The position numbers were made by a program, and so were the translations under genes. From an uncultured archaeon (GTDB lineage Archaea; Asgardarchaeota; Lokiarchaeia; Sigyniarchaeales; SOKP01), in NCBI GenBank assembly GCA_964508365.1, contig CAZDTP010000003.1, positions 2,589-66,588 of the forward strand: a stretch of DNA of 64,000 bases, written 5' to 3'. Below the pieces are notes generated by a model. The model saw only the letters and a program-made list of their open reading frames with translations, was not told the DNA's origin and did no database searches. Every line of letters begins with the position of its first letter. The stretch's first letter is position 1. Shown here piece by piece: positions 10,143 to 21,233 of this stretch.

Positions 10143-11810
10143 TTATTCTAAGTACGCTCCATACTTCGCAGAACTTACGAGTTTTCTATAAATTCTTAAA
10201 TATCCTTTCATAACAATCGATTCCGACCTTTTCAAATTATTTAATCTATTTTCTATTTCCTCTTTTGATACTAATAAGGTAAGCCGTCGATTAGCTATAT
10301 CGATTTCGATCTCATCTCCATCACGAACGATTGAAATTGGACCTCCATCATACGCTTCGGGACACACATGTCCGATACACGGTCCTCTTGTAGCACCTGA
10401 ATACCTTCCATCGGTGATCATGGCAACCGATTCACCTAATCCCATACCGATAAGAATTGCAGCTGGTATTGATAATTCTCTCATCCCAGGTCCTCCTTTA
10501 GGGCCCTCATTTCTAATAACTACCACATCTCCCTTTTTTATTTTTTCGTTCATTAAAGCATTTGTTATTTCCTCTTCCGATTCAAATACTTTTGCAAAAC
10601 CTTTGTGGTATTTCATACTATCGCTGACGGCACTTTGTTTTATTATCGCTCCTTCTGGCGCTAAATTCCCTTTTAGTACCGCAATTCCTCCTTCAGTTGA
10701 AATTGGATCGTCTATATCTCGTATAATATGGTATTCGTCGATCTTAACTTTTTCTAGATATTCTTTTAGAGGTTCTCCCAAAACATTTATAGTTGACAAG
10801 TCTAGTTTCTTCGCTAATTTCTTCATAAGGACTTTAACTCCTCCTGCTTCGTGAAATTCTGTGATGGTGTATTCAGATGAAGGTTTAAATTTCGCCAGTA
10901 ATGGAACGGATTTACTTAGCTCATCGAAATCAAAATGGTTTAAAGAACCTCCTAATTCATGTGATAAAGCGCACATGTGAAGAATCATATTTGTTGAGCC
11001 CCCAAAAGCAAGGGCGACTTTGCAGGCATTTATAATTGATTGATTAGTTATTAAATTTAAAGCAGTTATTTTTTTTTCTACAAGATTTACTATTGCTTTT
11101 CCTGTTTCTCTACTCAATTCTTGACGCTCAGTCCCAATAGCACGTAGAGTAGCACAATCCGGTAAAGAAAGTCCTAATGCTTCAACAATGCACGCCATTG
11201 TGTTTGCAGTCCCCATCATATTACACGCTCCCGCAGAACAACAAGTTTCCGACTCAATAAGGTGTAATTCTTCTAAAGTTATTTTCTTTGATTTGTATTG
11301 ACCAATCGCTTCTTTTATATCGGATGTGACATAGGTCTTCCCTTTTAATGAGCCACTTGTAAAAATTTTAGGTTCCATTATACCCCCAGTTAGAAAAATA
11401 GTTGGGATATTACATCTAACAGCTGCTAAAAGCATGCCAGGAATAATTTTATCACAAGAACAGATCATGACCATTCCATCAAATTCATAGGCTTTAATTG
11501 TGCTTTCAATTGATGAAGCAATGATTTCTCGCGTAGGTAAAACAAACTTAGAATTATTGCCTGAATTAGCAATTCCATCGCATAAAGCTATCGTATTAAA
11601 CTCCATAGGTGTTCCTCCAGCTTCTCTCACGCCATCCTTAACAAAAGTGCTTAAATTTTGTAAATGAATGTGCCCTGGGTTAATTTCATTCCAAGAATTG
11701 ACAATTGCAATGCGGAGTTTCGCTAAATCCTCATAGCTATATCCACAACCTCGAAATAAAGCTCTGGAATAAGATTTTAAAGGATCTAAATCATCTTTTT
11801 CATCAGGCAT
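10143..11810 (-). CDS. ilvD: Dihydroxy-acid dehydratase (IlvD/Edd family)
   Basis: [55 protein letters not shown]. Confidence 0.9.
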   Translation of the reverse strand: MPDEKDDLDPLKSYSRALFRGCGYSYEDLAKLRIAIVNSWNEINPGHIHLQNLSTFVKDGVREAGGTPMEFNTIALCDGIANSGNNSKFVLPTREIIASSIESTIKAYEFDGMVMICSCDKIIPGMLLAAVRCNIPTIFLTGGIMEPKIFTSGSLKGKTYVTSDIKEAIGQYKSKKITLEELHLIESETCCSAGACNMMGTANTMACIVEALGLSLPDCATLRAIGTERQELSRETGKAIVNLVEKKITALNLITNQSIINACKVALAFGGSTNMILHMCALSHELGGSLNHFDFDELSKSVPLLAKFKPSSEYTITEFHEAGGVKVLMKKLAKKLDLSTINVLGEPLKEYLEKVKIDEYHIIRDIDDPISTEGGIAVLKGNLAPEGAIIKQSAVSDSMKYHKGFAKVFESEEEITNALMNEKIKKGDVVVIRNEGPKGGPGMRELSIPAAILIGMGLGESVAMITDGRYSGATRGPCIGHVCPEAYDGGPISIVRDGDEIEIDIANRRLTLLVSKEEIENRLNNLKRSESIVMKGYLRIYRKLVSSAKYGAYLE

Positions 11811-11928
11811 AATTGATTCTACTTATATTATTTAAGTAATCTTAATTAACGCTACCTTCTAAATATTATCAGAGTATAACCTAAGAAATCGAGTTATATA
11901 TATTGAATTAAATCTTTTATTTATTGTA

Positions 11929-13035
11929 ATGCTTAAAGTAGGATTAATTGGTACTGGGGTCATTTTCGATTTAAATATCCTTGGATATTTGAACAATGAA
12001 GATGTTGAAATTACATGCTTATGCAATAGAACTATAGATAAAGCTAAAGATAAGATCAAAAAATTCAAACTACATAAGGATACCCGAATATATTTCGATT
12101 ACAAAGAAATGTTAGATAAAGAAGAATTAGATATCGTTGAAATTCTTCTTCCTCATAATCTTCACGCCGATGCAGCTATTTACGCTGCCAAGAAGGGAGT
12201 AAAAACAATCTCGGTGCAAAAACCAATGGCTTTAATTCTTGAAGAAGCTGATAAAATGATTGAAGAGTGTAAGAATTCGGGCTCAATTCTTTCAATATAT
12301 GAAAATTTCTTATTTGCTCCACACATATTAAAGGCTAAAGAGTTAATCGATTCAGATTACATTGGCGATCCTTCTTCCATTAGAATAAAAATCGCAATGG
12401 GAGGTAAAGGAGGCGGGATGGTTCCAAACGGTGCTAAAAAATGGAGAGAAGACCCTAAAATAGTTGGGGGTGCTGAAACAGGCTCACCTGTCTTACTTGA
12501 CAACGGTTGGCACGCTTTTTCTTTAGCTTCGTGGTTTTTTGGAGAAGAAATCGAAAAAGTATTTGCCTGGACGGGTAATTTTAAAGGTTTAGATGCGCCT
12601 GCATATGTAATGTTCAAATATAAACAAAATCAAGAGCATATAGTTCCCCAATATGGGTACATAGAATTCTCTTTAATGCCAGAAATGCAAATTCCTTCTA
12701 ACTACTATTCTACAGATGAATTTATAGAAATAATCGCAAGCAGAGGAATAATGAAAATAAATCAAGGGACTTCTATTGGAAACTCTATGTCAAAGTCAGC
12801 TATTTTTGCTCCTATTGTTATCATTCGCGATGGTATGGTGGAAACTTTTACCGAATTTGAAAGAGACTGGAAACAAAGCTTTATTAATGCTACGAAACAT
12901 CTTATAGAGGTTGTTAAAGGAAACAAAGAGCCAATATTATCTGGTGAACAAGCCAAATATAATTTAAGATTCAATTTAGCTGCTATAAGATCTTCTGAAT
13001 TGGGCAAAGAAATATCATTGAAAGAATTCCCTTAA
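11929..13035 (+). CDS. Gfo/Idh/MocA oxidoreductase
   Basis: GLIGTG Rossmann motif, VQKPMA, LLDNGWH. Confidence 0.85.
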   Translation: MLKVGLIGTGVIFDLNILGYLNNEDVEITCLCNRTIDKAKDKIKKFKLHKDTRIYFDYKEMLDKEELDIVEILLPHNLHADAAIYAAKKGVKTISVQKPMALILEEADKMIEECKNSGSILSIYENFLFAPHILKAKELIDSDYIGDPSSIRIKIAMGGKGGGMVPNGAKKWREDPKIVGGAETGSPVLLDNGWHAFSLASWFFGEEIEKVFAWTGNFKGLDAPAYVMFKYKQNQEHIVPQYGYIEFSLMPEMQIPSNYYSTDEFIEIIASRGIMKINQGTSIGNSMSKSAIFAPIVIIRDGMVETFTEFERDWKQSFINATKHLIEVVKGNKEPILSGEQAKYNLRFNLAAIRSSELGKEISLKEFP

Positions 13036-13041
13036 AAAAAA

Positions 13042-14298
13042 TTAGAAGTCATATTGATACTTTAATTCTTTATGCTCTAATCCTTCTTGTATCCCTTTTT
13101 TTAAATCCATTTTAAGGCTTTTAAGATATTTTCTAAATATTCCTCCATCCACTTCCACAAGCTCTTTTACGCTACAAGAACCATTTTGCTCATTTTCTGG
13201 AGTAATTTCATCCCACCTTACAATCCTTTTCTGTTGAGTCGATATAAATGGCATTTTAGCAAAAACGCTTAAATTCTTCCCTTGTTCACCTGTATAAATT
13301 GGGTCGCTCCCTTCTTGAATAGCACTAATAAAATGTTCAGTAGAATTAATAAATGAATATCTCCAATCCCTTGGTAATTCTTCTCCATAGGTTTTGACTT
13401 CACCACCACTATACACAACAATAGGAGGATATTGAGGAGTTTTAGATATTATATTTCCTCCACAAGTGCACTGGTTTAACCACATCATGCCTTTCGTTCC
13501 AGAGATTTCAATGAATTCGTCACAATTATAATAATTACTTGGATAATAAACATTAGGAGCAAGAGTGAACTGCATTGAACCATATTTAGGGGGATCGTCT
13601 AATTCTTTGCTAGGATATTTCCAAAAAATGAGACTTGGTGAATCCATTATCGTCGTAAAATAATCGATCCAACTATATAATTCATCAACTTTCTCTTGAT
13701 TCATTAACCATAGAGCCATAGAGAATTTATGAATCCCATCATCGTATACCAATGGACCTCCTCCACATTTATCAATATTACGACGCCAAAGAAGAGCAGT
13801 CATTTCTACTGGCATACTTGGACCTCCCATGCTAACGGTATTTATTCTGAAATTTAAAGGTTCACCTATTATTCCTTGATCTAACAGCTCTTTTGCTCTT
13901 AAATAAACGGGATAAAATCTAAAGTTTTCAAATAGTTTAAGTTTTACATTTTCTTCTTTACAAACACGAATCATGCTTTCACAATCTGTTATCGTATGAG
14001 CCATTGGCTTTTGCACTGAAATTCCAGGAACTCCCGCTTTTGCACAATATTCCGTCATTGGAGCGTGAAGATGATGAGGCGTTAAAATTTCTACGATATC
14101 AAGATCTTCGCGATCAATCATTTTCTCATAATCTTCGTATATTGGAACTGTTCGTAAACCCCATCTTTCTAACTTTTTACCGGCATTTTTTAAATTAGTA
14201 TCACTTACCGCAACAAGCTCAGTTTCTTGGGAACGAAGATATCCTAACACGTTTAAATTTGCGATATCACCACATCCAATTATACCTACTCTCAACAT
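13042..14298 (-). CDS. Gfo/Idh/MocA oxidoreductase (paralog, convergent with the previous gene)
   Basis: GIIGCG, VQKPMA, YDDGIH; shares YYxxDEFIEI with 11929..13035. Confidence 0.85.
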   Translation of the reverse strand: MLRVGIIGCGDIANLNVLGYLRSQETELVAVSDTNLKNAGKKLERWGLRTVPIYEDYEKMIDREDLDIVEILTPHHLHAPMTEYCAKAGVPGISVQKPMAHTITDCESMIRVCKEENVKLKLFENFRFYPVYLRAKELLDQGIIGEPLNFRINTVSMGGPSMPVEMTALLWRRNIDKCGGGPLVYDDGIHKFSMALWLMNQEKVDELYSWIDYFTTIMDSPSLIFWKYPSKELDDPPKYGSMQFTLAPNVYYPSNYYNCDEFIEISGTKGMMWLNQCTCGGNIISKTPQYPPIVVYSGGEVKTYGEELPRDWRYSFINSTEHFISAIQEGSDPIYTGEQGKNLSVFAKMPFISTQQKRIVRWDEITPENEQNGSCSVKELVEVDGGIFRKYLKSLKMDLKKGIQEGLEHKELKYQYDF

Positions 14299-14487
14299 AA
14301 TATAACAGAAGTCAAGTATTTAACGTTATTTTATTAAGTTTGCTTAAAATTAAAAAGTTTTAGATATGAGTTTTGGATAACGATTTTGTATAAAATAATT
14401 TATCGACACGATATGATTATAAAATGACAAAAAAATAAACCTTTAAATAAATTGATAAAGTAATTTAAACTATAATTTTATTATTAA

Positions 14488-14940
14488 ATGAAAAAAAGGT
14501 TAAAATATAAAATGGTTGACCAGAATTTAATAAAAGAGTTAAAAGATATGAGAAAAAAGGGTGCTAGTAAACCCTCAGATTCTCTCAAAATGTATGAATT
14601 TATTAAACAGATGGCTGATGAAAGCGAGGATTTAAAAGAAGAATTAGAAGACATTGACACAATGATAGTTCAACTCGTAATTACCGACGCTAATTATAGA
14701 TATTGGGTACAATTGGGAGATGGAACAGTAGATTATGGTGAAGGAGATGGTGATGATCCAAGTGTTACCATGTCTGCAACAGGTGCTACTTGGTCAGGGC
14801 TGTCTTCTGGTGAGATAGACTCAACTAGTGCGTATATGTCAGGTGATTTAGTGATAGATGGAAACCTTCAAGACGCAATTGCATATGGTGAAATTTTATC
14901 TATCGCTATGGAAGAAGGCGCACAATATTTTGAAGATTAA
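14488..14940 (+). CDS. SCP2 sterol/lipid-binding domain protein
   Basis: AYMSGDLVIDGNLQDA SCP2 signature. Confidence 0.85.
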   Translation: MKKRLKYKMVDQNLIKELKDMRKKGASKPSDSLKMYEFIKQMADESEDLKEELEDIDTMIVQLVITDANYRYWVQLGDGTVDYGEGDGDDPSVTMSATGATWSGLSSGEIDSTSAYMSGDLVIDGNLQDAIAYGEILSIAMEEGAQYFED

Positions 14941-14967
14941 ATCTAAACACTTTATTTAATAATTATA

Positions 14968-14984
14968 TTTTTTTCTTTTTTTTT
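14968..14984 (+). terminator. Oligo-T terminator-like tract
   Basis: T7-C-T9 run downstream of the SCP2 stop. Confidence 0.45.
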
Positions 14985-15074
14985 CATTACGATAAAGTTC
15001 GGATTTACAATACTTAATCTAGTGCATAAATTATTAAAGCTGATGTATTACAAAAAGGAAGAAAATCTTTTGAG

Positions 15075-17132
15075 TTAAGTTAAATATTCAATTTCTCCTT
15101 GGAGTCGAATATCTCTCGAAGAACTACCAACTAGTATTTTAAATATGCCGTCTTCAACAATCCAAGAATTGATAGTTTCGTTATAAAAGGAAAGATCCTC
15201 TTTTTTCAACTCAAATAAAACTGTTTTCGTTTCGTTGGGATGTAGAAAAACTTTTTCAAACCTTTTTAACTCTTTTATTGGTCTTTCTAAGCTTGATTCA
15301 ACATCTTGTATATATAATTGAACAATTTCTTTTCCTTCAACATTTCCAGAGTTAGTAACTTCAACAGATAGTTTAATTTCATCATCATCTCTTATCTTAT
15401 TCTTGTCAATTATTAAGTTTTTGTAACTAAAAGTTGTATACGATAAACCGAATCCAAAAGGGAAAAGCGGTGCAATATCTTTCCTATCAAAATGACGATA
15501 ACCAACAAATATGCCCTCATTATAATACACATTATCATCACCCGGAAATGTTCTTTTAGAAACATGGGCGGGCGAATCTGATAATTTTTTTGGAAAAGTC
15601 ATGGTAAGTTTTCCAGAAGGATTTATATCCCCAAAAATTACTTGTGCAATCGCCTTTCCCGCTTCCATACCTCCGTACCATGCTTCAACAACAGAAGATA
15701 CGCTATCTATCCAGTTATTCATGGCAATAGGGCTTCCGTTGATTAAAACTATGATGGTATTAGAGCACTCTCTAGTAGTTTTCTGTATTAGCTCAATTTG
15801 CTCACTAGGTAATTCTAACGATTTCCGATCTTCACCCTCAGCGTCCATGCCGTGATCATGATTTAATCCCGCAAATATAATCGTTGCATCAGCTTCTGAA
15901 GGTATTATCGTGAGTTCGACCCGATTTAAACATTTTTCTCTTAACCCATCAAGAGGACTAATCTCATATGGAGGAAAATTAAATGAACTGCCCCCGTCAG
16001 ATAAAACATTACCTCCCCCTATTCTATAGTTTGCGTTCGGACCAAGAACAGCAATCTTTTTTATTTTATTAATATTTAATGGTAAGCTGGCGTTCTCGTT
16101 TTTTAGGAGGACAATTCCTTCTTCCGCAATCTTAAGTGCTATTGCTTGATGTTCAGGAGTATTTCTACTACCTTTAGGTACTGCTTTCTCATCGTCGTAC
16201 AATCCAACAAGAAACATAACTCTGATTAATCTTCTGATGTTATCATTCAGCTCGTCTTCCGTGAATCCTCCTTCCTGAAAGGCTTTAGTCATATTGCTCT
16301 TGTTATATTTTTTTGCAGTAGGCATCTCGAGAGAGAGTCCTGCCTTAACACATCCAGCTGTATTTGTATAAGCGGTAGCATTCCAATCAGAGACGGTAAA
16401 CCCTCTAAAACCCCACTCTCCCATCAATCTTTCTCTCAATAGATTCATGCTTTCTGAACCGTAGATTCCATTTACCTTGTTATAACATGTCATGAAAGAC
16501 CACGCATCCGCTTCCAGAACGGTCGCTTTGAAAGCGGGTAGATATATTTCTTGTAATGCCCGCTCGCTTACTTCGGAACTAACCGTAAACCTATTTGTCT
16601 CTTGATTATTGCATACAAAATGTTTCACACAGGCCGCTACTCTTTGACTTTGAATTCCTTTAACAGTGGCTACCGCTAGAACCTTGTTTAAGTAGGGGTC
16701 TTCCGTTTGATATTCAAAAGTTCTACCATTCATTGGAGTTCTATGAATATTAATCCCGGGAGCTAATAACATATGCGCTCCAACATCTCGAACCTCTTCA
16801 GCCACAGCTTTTCCAAAATCGTAAGAAAGTTTTGGATTCCATGTGGCAGCCCTACATATAGCGGAAGGAAAGTACGTTGATTTAGTCTTACCCATTGTGT
16901 CAGCCCGAACTCCGTGAGGTCCATCGTACATGGTGAAAGGTTTAACACCTAATCTTTTGATAGGTTTTGTATGCCACATCAACCTACCTGAACTCAATTT
17001 AATTTTTTCCTCTAATGTTAGTCTGCCTAATAAATCCTCAACTCTTTTTTCCAAATCAAGATTCATATCCATAAAAGGTAATCTTTGAATTTGGTCTTCT
17101 GAATATTTTTCGTTCATTTTCGTTGCCATCAC
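15075..17132 (-). CDS. Glycoside hydrolase family 3 beta-glucosidase with FnIII-like C-terminus
   Basis: DGPHGVR, GRTFEYQTEDP, KHFVCN, nucleophile SDW, EGIFVGYRHF, PFGFGLSYT. Confidence 0.92.
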   Translation of the reverse strand: MMATKMNEKYSEDQIQRLPFMDMNLDLEKRVEDLLGRLTLEEKIKLSSGRLMWHTKPIKRLGVKPFTMYDGPHGVRADTMGKTKSTYFPSAICRAATWNPKLSYDFGKAVAEEVRDVGAHMLLAPGINIHRTPMNGRTFEYQTEDPYLNKVLAVATVKGIQSQRVAACVKHFVCNNQETNRFTVSSEVSERALQEIYLPAFKATVLEADAWSFMTCYNKVNGIYGSESMNLLRERLMGEWGFRGFTVSDWNATAYTNTAGCVKAGLSLEMPTAKKYNKSNMTKAFQEGGFTEDELNDNIRRLIRVMFLVGLYDDEKAVPKGSRNTPEHQAIALKIAEEGIVLLKNENASLPLNINKIKKIAVLGPNANYRIGGGNVLSDGGSSFNFPPYEISPLDGLREKCLNRVELTIIPSEADATIIFAGLNHDHGMDAEGEDRKSLELPSEQIELIQKTTRECSNTIIVLINGSPIAMNNWIDSVSSVVEAWYGGMEAGKAIAQVIFGDINPSGKLTMTFPKKLSDSPAHVSKRTFPGDDNVYYNEGIFVGYRHFDRKDIAPLFPFGFGLSYTTFSYKNLIIDKNKIRDDDEIKLSVEVTNSGNVEGKEIVQLYIQDVESSLERPIKELKRFEKVFLHPNETKTVLFELKKEDLSFYNETINSWIVEDGIFKILVGSSSRDIRLQGEIEYLT

Positions 17133-17300
17133 ATACTACTTTAATTTTAAAATGTGGAATAAGAAATAACTTTATCTAAATGAAAAAACTGTACGATTCA
17201 AACGAATATAACTCTTAAGAGTATAAAGAGTGGGATTTTGTTTTTAATAAATAAAAATCTTACTCGGTTATAAAAAAAAAATAAAGCAGAACTGAATTCT

Positions 17301-18041
17301 ATGAGTGTTTTATTAGATTTATTGATTCTATTATTTACATATATATATGTATTTGCTACTATTCTAATACCCGTCCAATTGAAAAAAAGAGACAAAATTA
17401 CTAAATTTCAAGCTCGTAAAGCGGTGCATTTATTTGCTGGGTTAGCGGTTTTGACAGCACCTTATTATTCTTGGCCCTGGTGGGCTGTAATATTAGCTGG
17501 TTCAATGACAGTTTTAACTCTTTTAAGTTCAAAGAAAAGCAGTGTAAAACAACTAAAAGATTTATACGATTCAATTGGAGAAGAAGCAGAAGAAAAAGTA
17601 GGTTATTTACAGGGGCCATTTCATTACTGCCTTTCAATTACCATATTAGTTACTTTTTTCGTCATCGTTGCACCGCATCAAATGTATTTCCCAATAGCGG
17701 GAATTTTATTAATGATTATTTCAGATACCTTAGCATCAGTAATTGGTAAAAAATACGGTAAAAGAAAAATTAATCTCCCTTGGTTAAAGACTACTCGATC
17801 TTTAGAAGGATCTATGGCTTTTTTTGCTAGTGGATTTATACTTTGCTTTATTGCTTTCACCTTTTTAGGAGTTATGAATCCTATAACGCAAGTACATCTC
17901 TCTCTTGAAGTTGCTCTTTTATATTCACTAATTACTAGTGCTTTGGCAACGATAGTTGAACTAATATCTCCATCAACTTGGGACGATTTAACTATCCCAA
18001 TCGCTACCGTGGTCATAGTATTCTTGCTAATTTTAATTTAA
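17301..18041 (+). CDS. CTP-dependent isoprenol (phytol/dolichol)-kinase-like membrane protein
   Basis: RKAVHLFAG, SDTLASVIGKKYG, RSLEGS, WDDLTIP motifs. Confidence 0.75.
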   Translation: MSVLLDLLILLFTYIYVFATILIPVQLKKRDKITKFQARKAVHLFAGLAVLTAPYYSWPWWAVILAGSMTVLTLLSSKKSSVKQLKDLYDSIGEEAEEKVGYLQGPFHYCLSITILVTFFVIVAPHQMYFPIAGILLMIISDTLASVIGKKYGKRKINLPWLKTTRSLEGSMAFFASGFILCFIAFTFLGVMNPITQVHLSLEVALLYSLITSALATIVELISPSTWDDLTIPIATVVIVFLLILI

Positions 18042-18067
18042 TAAGTAACTAAAGCCTTTTTTAAAGC

Positions 18068-19471
18068 TTGATTTCTATGGAAAATTTGCAGAAAACTTTC
18101 GATGTTATTGTTGTTGGCGCGGGAACGGGAGGTAGTACTGCTGCTCGGTTTGCCGCTGAAAAAGGATTAAAAGTCTGTCTTATCGATAGTAAGGACAAAA
18201 AAGAAATAGGGAATAAAATCTGTGGAGATGCAGTTGGATCAGAAATTTTCGATTTTCTTAAGATTAAACACCCGAGAGATGATGAACTTTCATGCAAAAT
18301 TAAAGGTGCCAAGTTATACTCTCCCGACTTGAAAAAATGCATAGATTTAACCGATCCAAAACAAGCTGGTTATATTGTTAATAGGATAGAATTTGGTCAA
18401 AGATTACTTAACGAAGCATTAGATGCAGGTGTGGAACTATTTATTGATAATACAATGGCTTTAGATTTATTATATAGTCAAAATAAGGTTTCTGGGGTAA
18501 AGGTAAAACTAGAGAATGGAGAAAAAGTGGATTTACGGTCTAAAATTTTAATAGATGCATCTGGGTTTTATTCTCTCCTTAGAAAAAATGTAAAAAGCAC
18601 ATTAATAGAGAAAGAGATACTAAAGGAAGATAGTATCCTTTGTTACAGGGAAATAGTAAAGTTTTCTCCTCAAGATTTAAATATAACTAATCCCGATTAT
18701 ATTTCAATCATTTTAAATCGAGATAAAGCACCAGGTGGATATATCTGGTACTTTCCGAAAAATCAATCATCCCTTAATATTGGTCTCGGAACATTCATGA
18801 ATCTTAAAGGCAAAGTAAAAGATTTATATCATCAATATGTTTTTAACGAATTTATAAAAACCTCAAAATACGAGATAATTTCGTCAGGTGGAGGTGTAGT
18901 GCCTGTTAGAAGGCCTCTTTGGTCGTGTACTGATAATGGAATTATGTTCGTCGGAGACTCTGCTTGTCAAGTTAACCCCCTTCATGGAGGTGGGATTGAT
19001 CCTTCGATGAGAGGAGGTTTTTATGCTGCCAATACGGCAATAAATGCGGTTGAGAAAGGGGATTACTCCGTTAAATCATTATGGAATTATAATCATAATG
19101 TTATGACTAGTTTTGGTGCAGAATTTGCTTCTTTAGACTTATTAAGAATGACGCTCCAAATACTCCCAAACGAAGATTTAAATTTTGCGTTAAAACAAGA
19201 CTTATTGAGCGGTGAAGAAATACTTGAAATTTCATCAACAGGAGAATTTGAATTACCCGTACGTAATTTGGTAACTAAAGCGTTAAAAGGAATTTCTAAG
19301 CCAAACCTTTTATTGGATTTAAATTACTTGAGAATACGGATGAACGAAATATCAAAACTATACAAGAATTTTCCAATAATTATTGAAAATTTTGAAGAAT
19401 GGAAAAGACAGGCTATTCAAGTATATGATAAAATTAAGAAAATGTTAATAAATACAAAAAAAGTAAAATAA
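18068..19471 (+). CDS. Digeranylgeranylglycerophospholipid reductase (geranylgeranyl reductase)
   Basis: GAGTGG FAD motif, KICGDA, GYIWYFP, VGDSACQVNPLHGGGI. Confidence 0.88.
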   Translation: MISMENLQKTFDVIVVGAGTGGSTAARFAAEKGLKVCLIDSKDKKEIGNKICGDAVGSEIFDFLKIKHPRDDELSCKIKGAKLYSPDLKKCIDLTDPKQAGYIVNRIEFGQRLLNEALDAGVELFIDNTMALDLLYSQNKVSGVKVKLENGEKVDLRSKILIDASGFYSLLRKNVKSTLIEKEILKEDSILCYREIVKFSPQDLNITNPDYISIILNRDKAPGGYIWYFPKNQSSLNIGLGTFMNLKGKVKDLYHQYVFNEFIKTSKYEIISSGGGVVPVRRPLWSCTDNGIMFVGDSACQVNPLHGGGIDPSMRGGFYAANTAINAVEKGDYSVKSLWNYNHNVMTSFGAEFASLDLLRMTLQILPNEDLNFALKQDLLSGEEILEISSTGEFELPVRNLVTKALKGISKPNLLLDLNYLRIRMNEISKLYKNFPIIIENFEEWKRQAIQVYDKIKKMLINTKKVK

Positions 19472-19480
19472 TTATAACTA

Positions 19481-20308
19481 GTGAATTTTATGGTTGATGT
19501 ATTGAAAAAAAATTCTTCGAAGACAAGCACCTACGAATATCTCGTAAATAAGATAAATCAAGATGGCACGCTCCATTTTTCCTTAATAGATCCTGATCCC
19601 ACCAAACAAAGCCCTTCTAAAGCAGGAAAAATGGCTCTTTTCGCCGAACAAGCTGGAACCGATGCTATTTTAATCGGTGGAAGCACGGTATTTGACCAAA
19701 ATTTCGTCGAGGCAACGATATTGGCCATAAAGAATAATGTGAAATTACCTATTATAATTTTCCCTGGAGGTGTTGCCAATCTTTCAAAAGAAGCGGATGC
19801 TATCTTATTTATGTCGATATTAAATTCTGAAGATCCTTATTTTATAGTAGGACAACAGGCGCTTGCCTCCTATACTGTTAAAATGGCAAATCTCGAAATT
19901 TTATCTACTGGATACTTAATTATAGAACCTGGTGGCACTGCTGGTTGGATAAGTAAAGCTAAACTACTTCCAAGAAAAAAACCTAAATTAACGGCGGCTT
20001 ATTCATTAGCTGCAGAATTCTTTGGTTTCAAGTTTATATATCTAGAAGCAGGTTCTGGTAGCGAAAGAATACCATCAGAAATTATTCAACTATGTTCAAG
20101 TATTATAAATATTCCGATAATTGTGGGAGGAGGAGTAAGTTCTAAAGAAGAAGCAAGAAGTATTGTTGAAGCAGGAGCTGATATCATTGTAATGGGAACA
20201 TTTTTAGAAAATCATGTTTTAAAGGACAATGGGAACTCTTTAAGAGTAATCATCGATCAAATTAAGGAATCCGGTAAAAATCGAAAGAAGAATTATAGCC
20301 TAAAATAA
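19481..20308 (+). CDS. Geranylgeranylglyceryl phosphate synthase (group II)
   Basis: LIDPD, ILIGGS, FPG, YLEAGSG, IVGGG. Confidence 0.92.
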   Translation: MNFMVDVLKKNSSKTSTYEYLVNKINQDGTLHFSLIDPDPTKQSPSKAGKMALFAEQAGTDAILIGGSTVFDQNFVEATILAIKNNVKLPIIIFPGGVANLSKEADAILFMSILNSEDPYFIVGQQALASYTVKMANLEILSTGYLIIEPGGTAGWISKAKLLPRKKPKLTAAYSLAAEFFGFKFIYLEAGSGSERIPSEIIQLCSSIINIPIIVGGGVSSKEEARSIVEAGADIIVMGTFLENHVLKDNGNSLRVIIDQIKESGKNRKKNYSLK

Positions 20309-20326
20309 AAAAAATCATTCCATTCT

Positions 20327-21199
20327 ATGAAGTCTAAAGACGCTATTGAGATAACTCGACCTATTAATTGTTTAATGGGAGCTTTGTCCATAGTGATCGG
20401 GTTATTAAATACACGATTAAATGTGCCTTTTGACAAATTAACGATAAATATCATTCTAGGCGTTGTTACATATATCTTCATCGCAGCTTCAGGTAATACT
20501 ATTAACGATATATACGATATCGAAATTGATAAAATAAACAGACCAGAACGTCCTATTCCAAGAGGTTCAATAAGTTTGAAACAAGCTAAAGGACTTTTTT
20601 TTCTTTTTCTTAGTATCGGAATAATTCTAAGTTATCTAAATACTCTCATTTTTAGCTTAACCCTGATAAATTTAGCATTGGCATTTTTCTTTGGCTTTAT
20701 GGCCTGGGTCTACGCAAAGTGGGGTAAAAAAAGTGGTTTTTTCGGTAATATTATTGTGGGTGTTTCTTTCTCGATTGGATTAGTGTATGGCGCGTATTTA
20801 AATAGCTCAATTATTCCTCCTTATATCTTCTATTTTTTTATTACCGCATTCTCTCTTTTAGTGGCTCGAGAGATTATAAAAGGTTGTGAAGATATCGAAG
20901 GAGATAAGAATCAAGGGGTAAAAACATTAGCTATTAAAATCGGAATTAAATCTTCTAGAAGTATTTCGGTGATATTCGCTTTATTAGCGGTTATGTTTTT
21001 TATTTTACCAGTATTTACAAATCTACTTAATATTTTCCTTTTCATTATTTTAATGATTATTGGTTTAATCGAAGTAGGATACACGATCGTTCTAATGCTT
21101 ACTTCAGATTTAGGAAAAGAAGATTTAAAAAAAATTAGCTTACTACTAAAAATAGGAATGTTTTTAGGATTAATAGCTTTCTTTTTTGCGAGTCTGTAG
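20327..21199 (+). CDS. Digeranylgeranylglyceryl phosphate synthase (UbiA family)
   Basis: NDIYDIEIDKINRPERPIPRG and REIIKGCEDIEGD motifs; operon context. Confidence 0.88.
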   Translation: MKSKDAIEITRPINCLMGALSIVIGLLNTRLNVPFDKLTINIILGVVTYIFIAASGNTINDIYDIEIDKINRPERPIPRGSISLKQAKGLFFLFLSIGIILSYLNTLIFSLTLINLALAFFFGFMAWVYAKWGKKSGFFGNIIVGVSFSIGLVYGAYLNSSIIPPYIFYFFITAFSLLVAREIIKGCEDIEGDKNQGVKTLAIKIGIKSSRSISVIFALLAVMFFILPVFTNLLNIFLFIILMIIGLIEVGYTIVLMLTSDLGKEDLKKISLLLKIGMFLGLIAFFFASL

Positions 21200-21233
21200 C
21201 TAAAATATTAGAGAATGTTTAGTTTTAAAGCCG

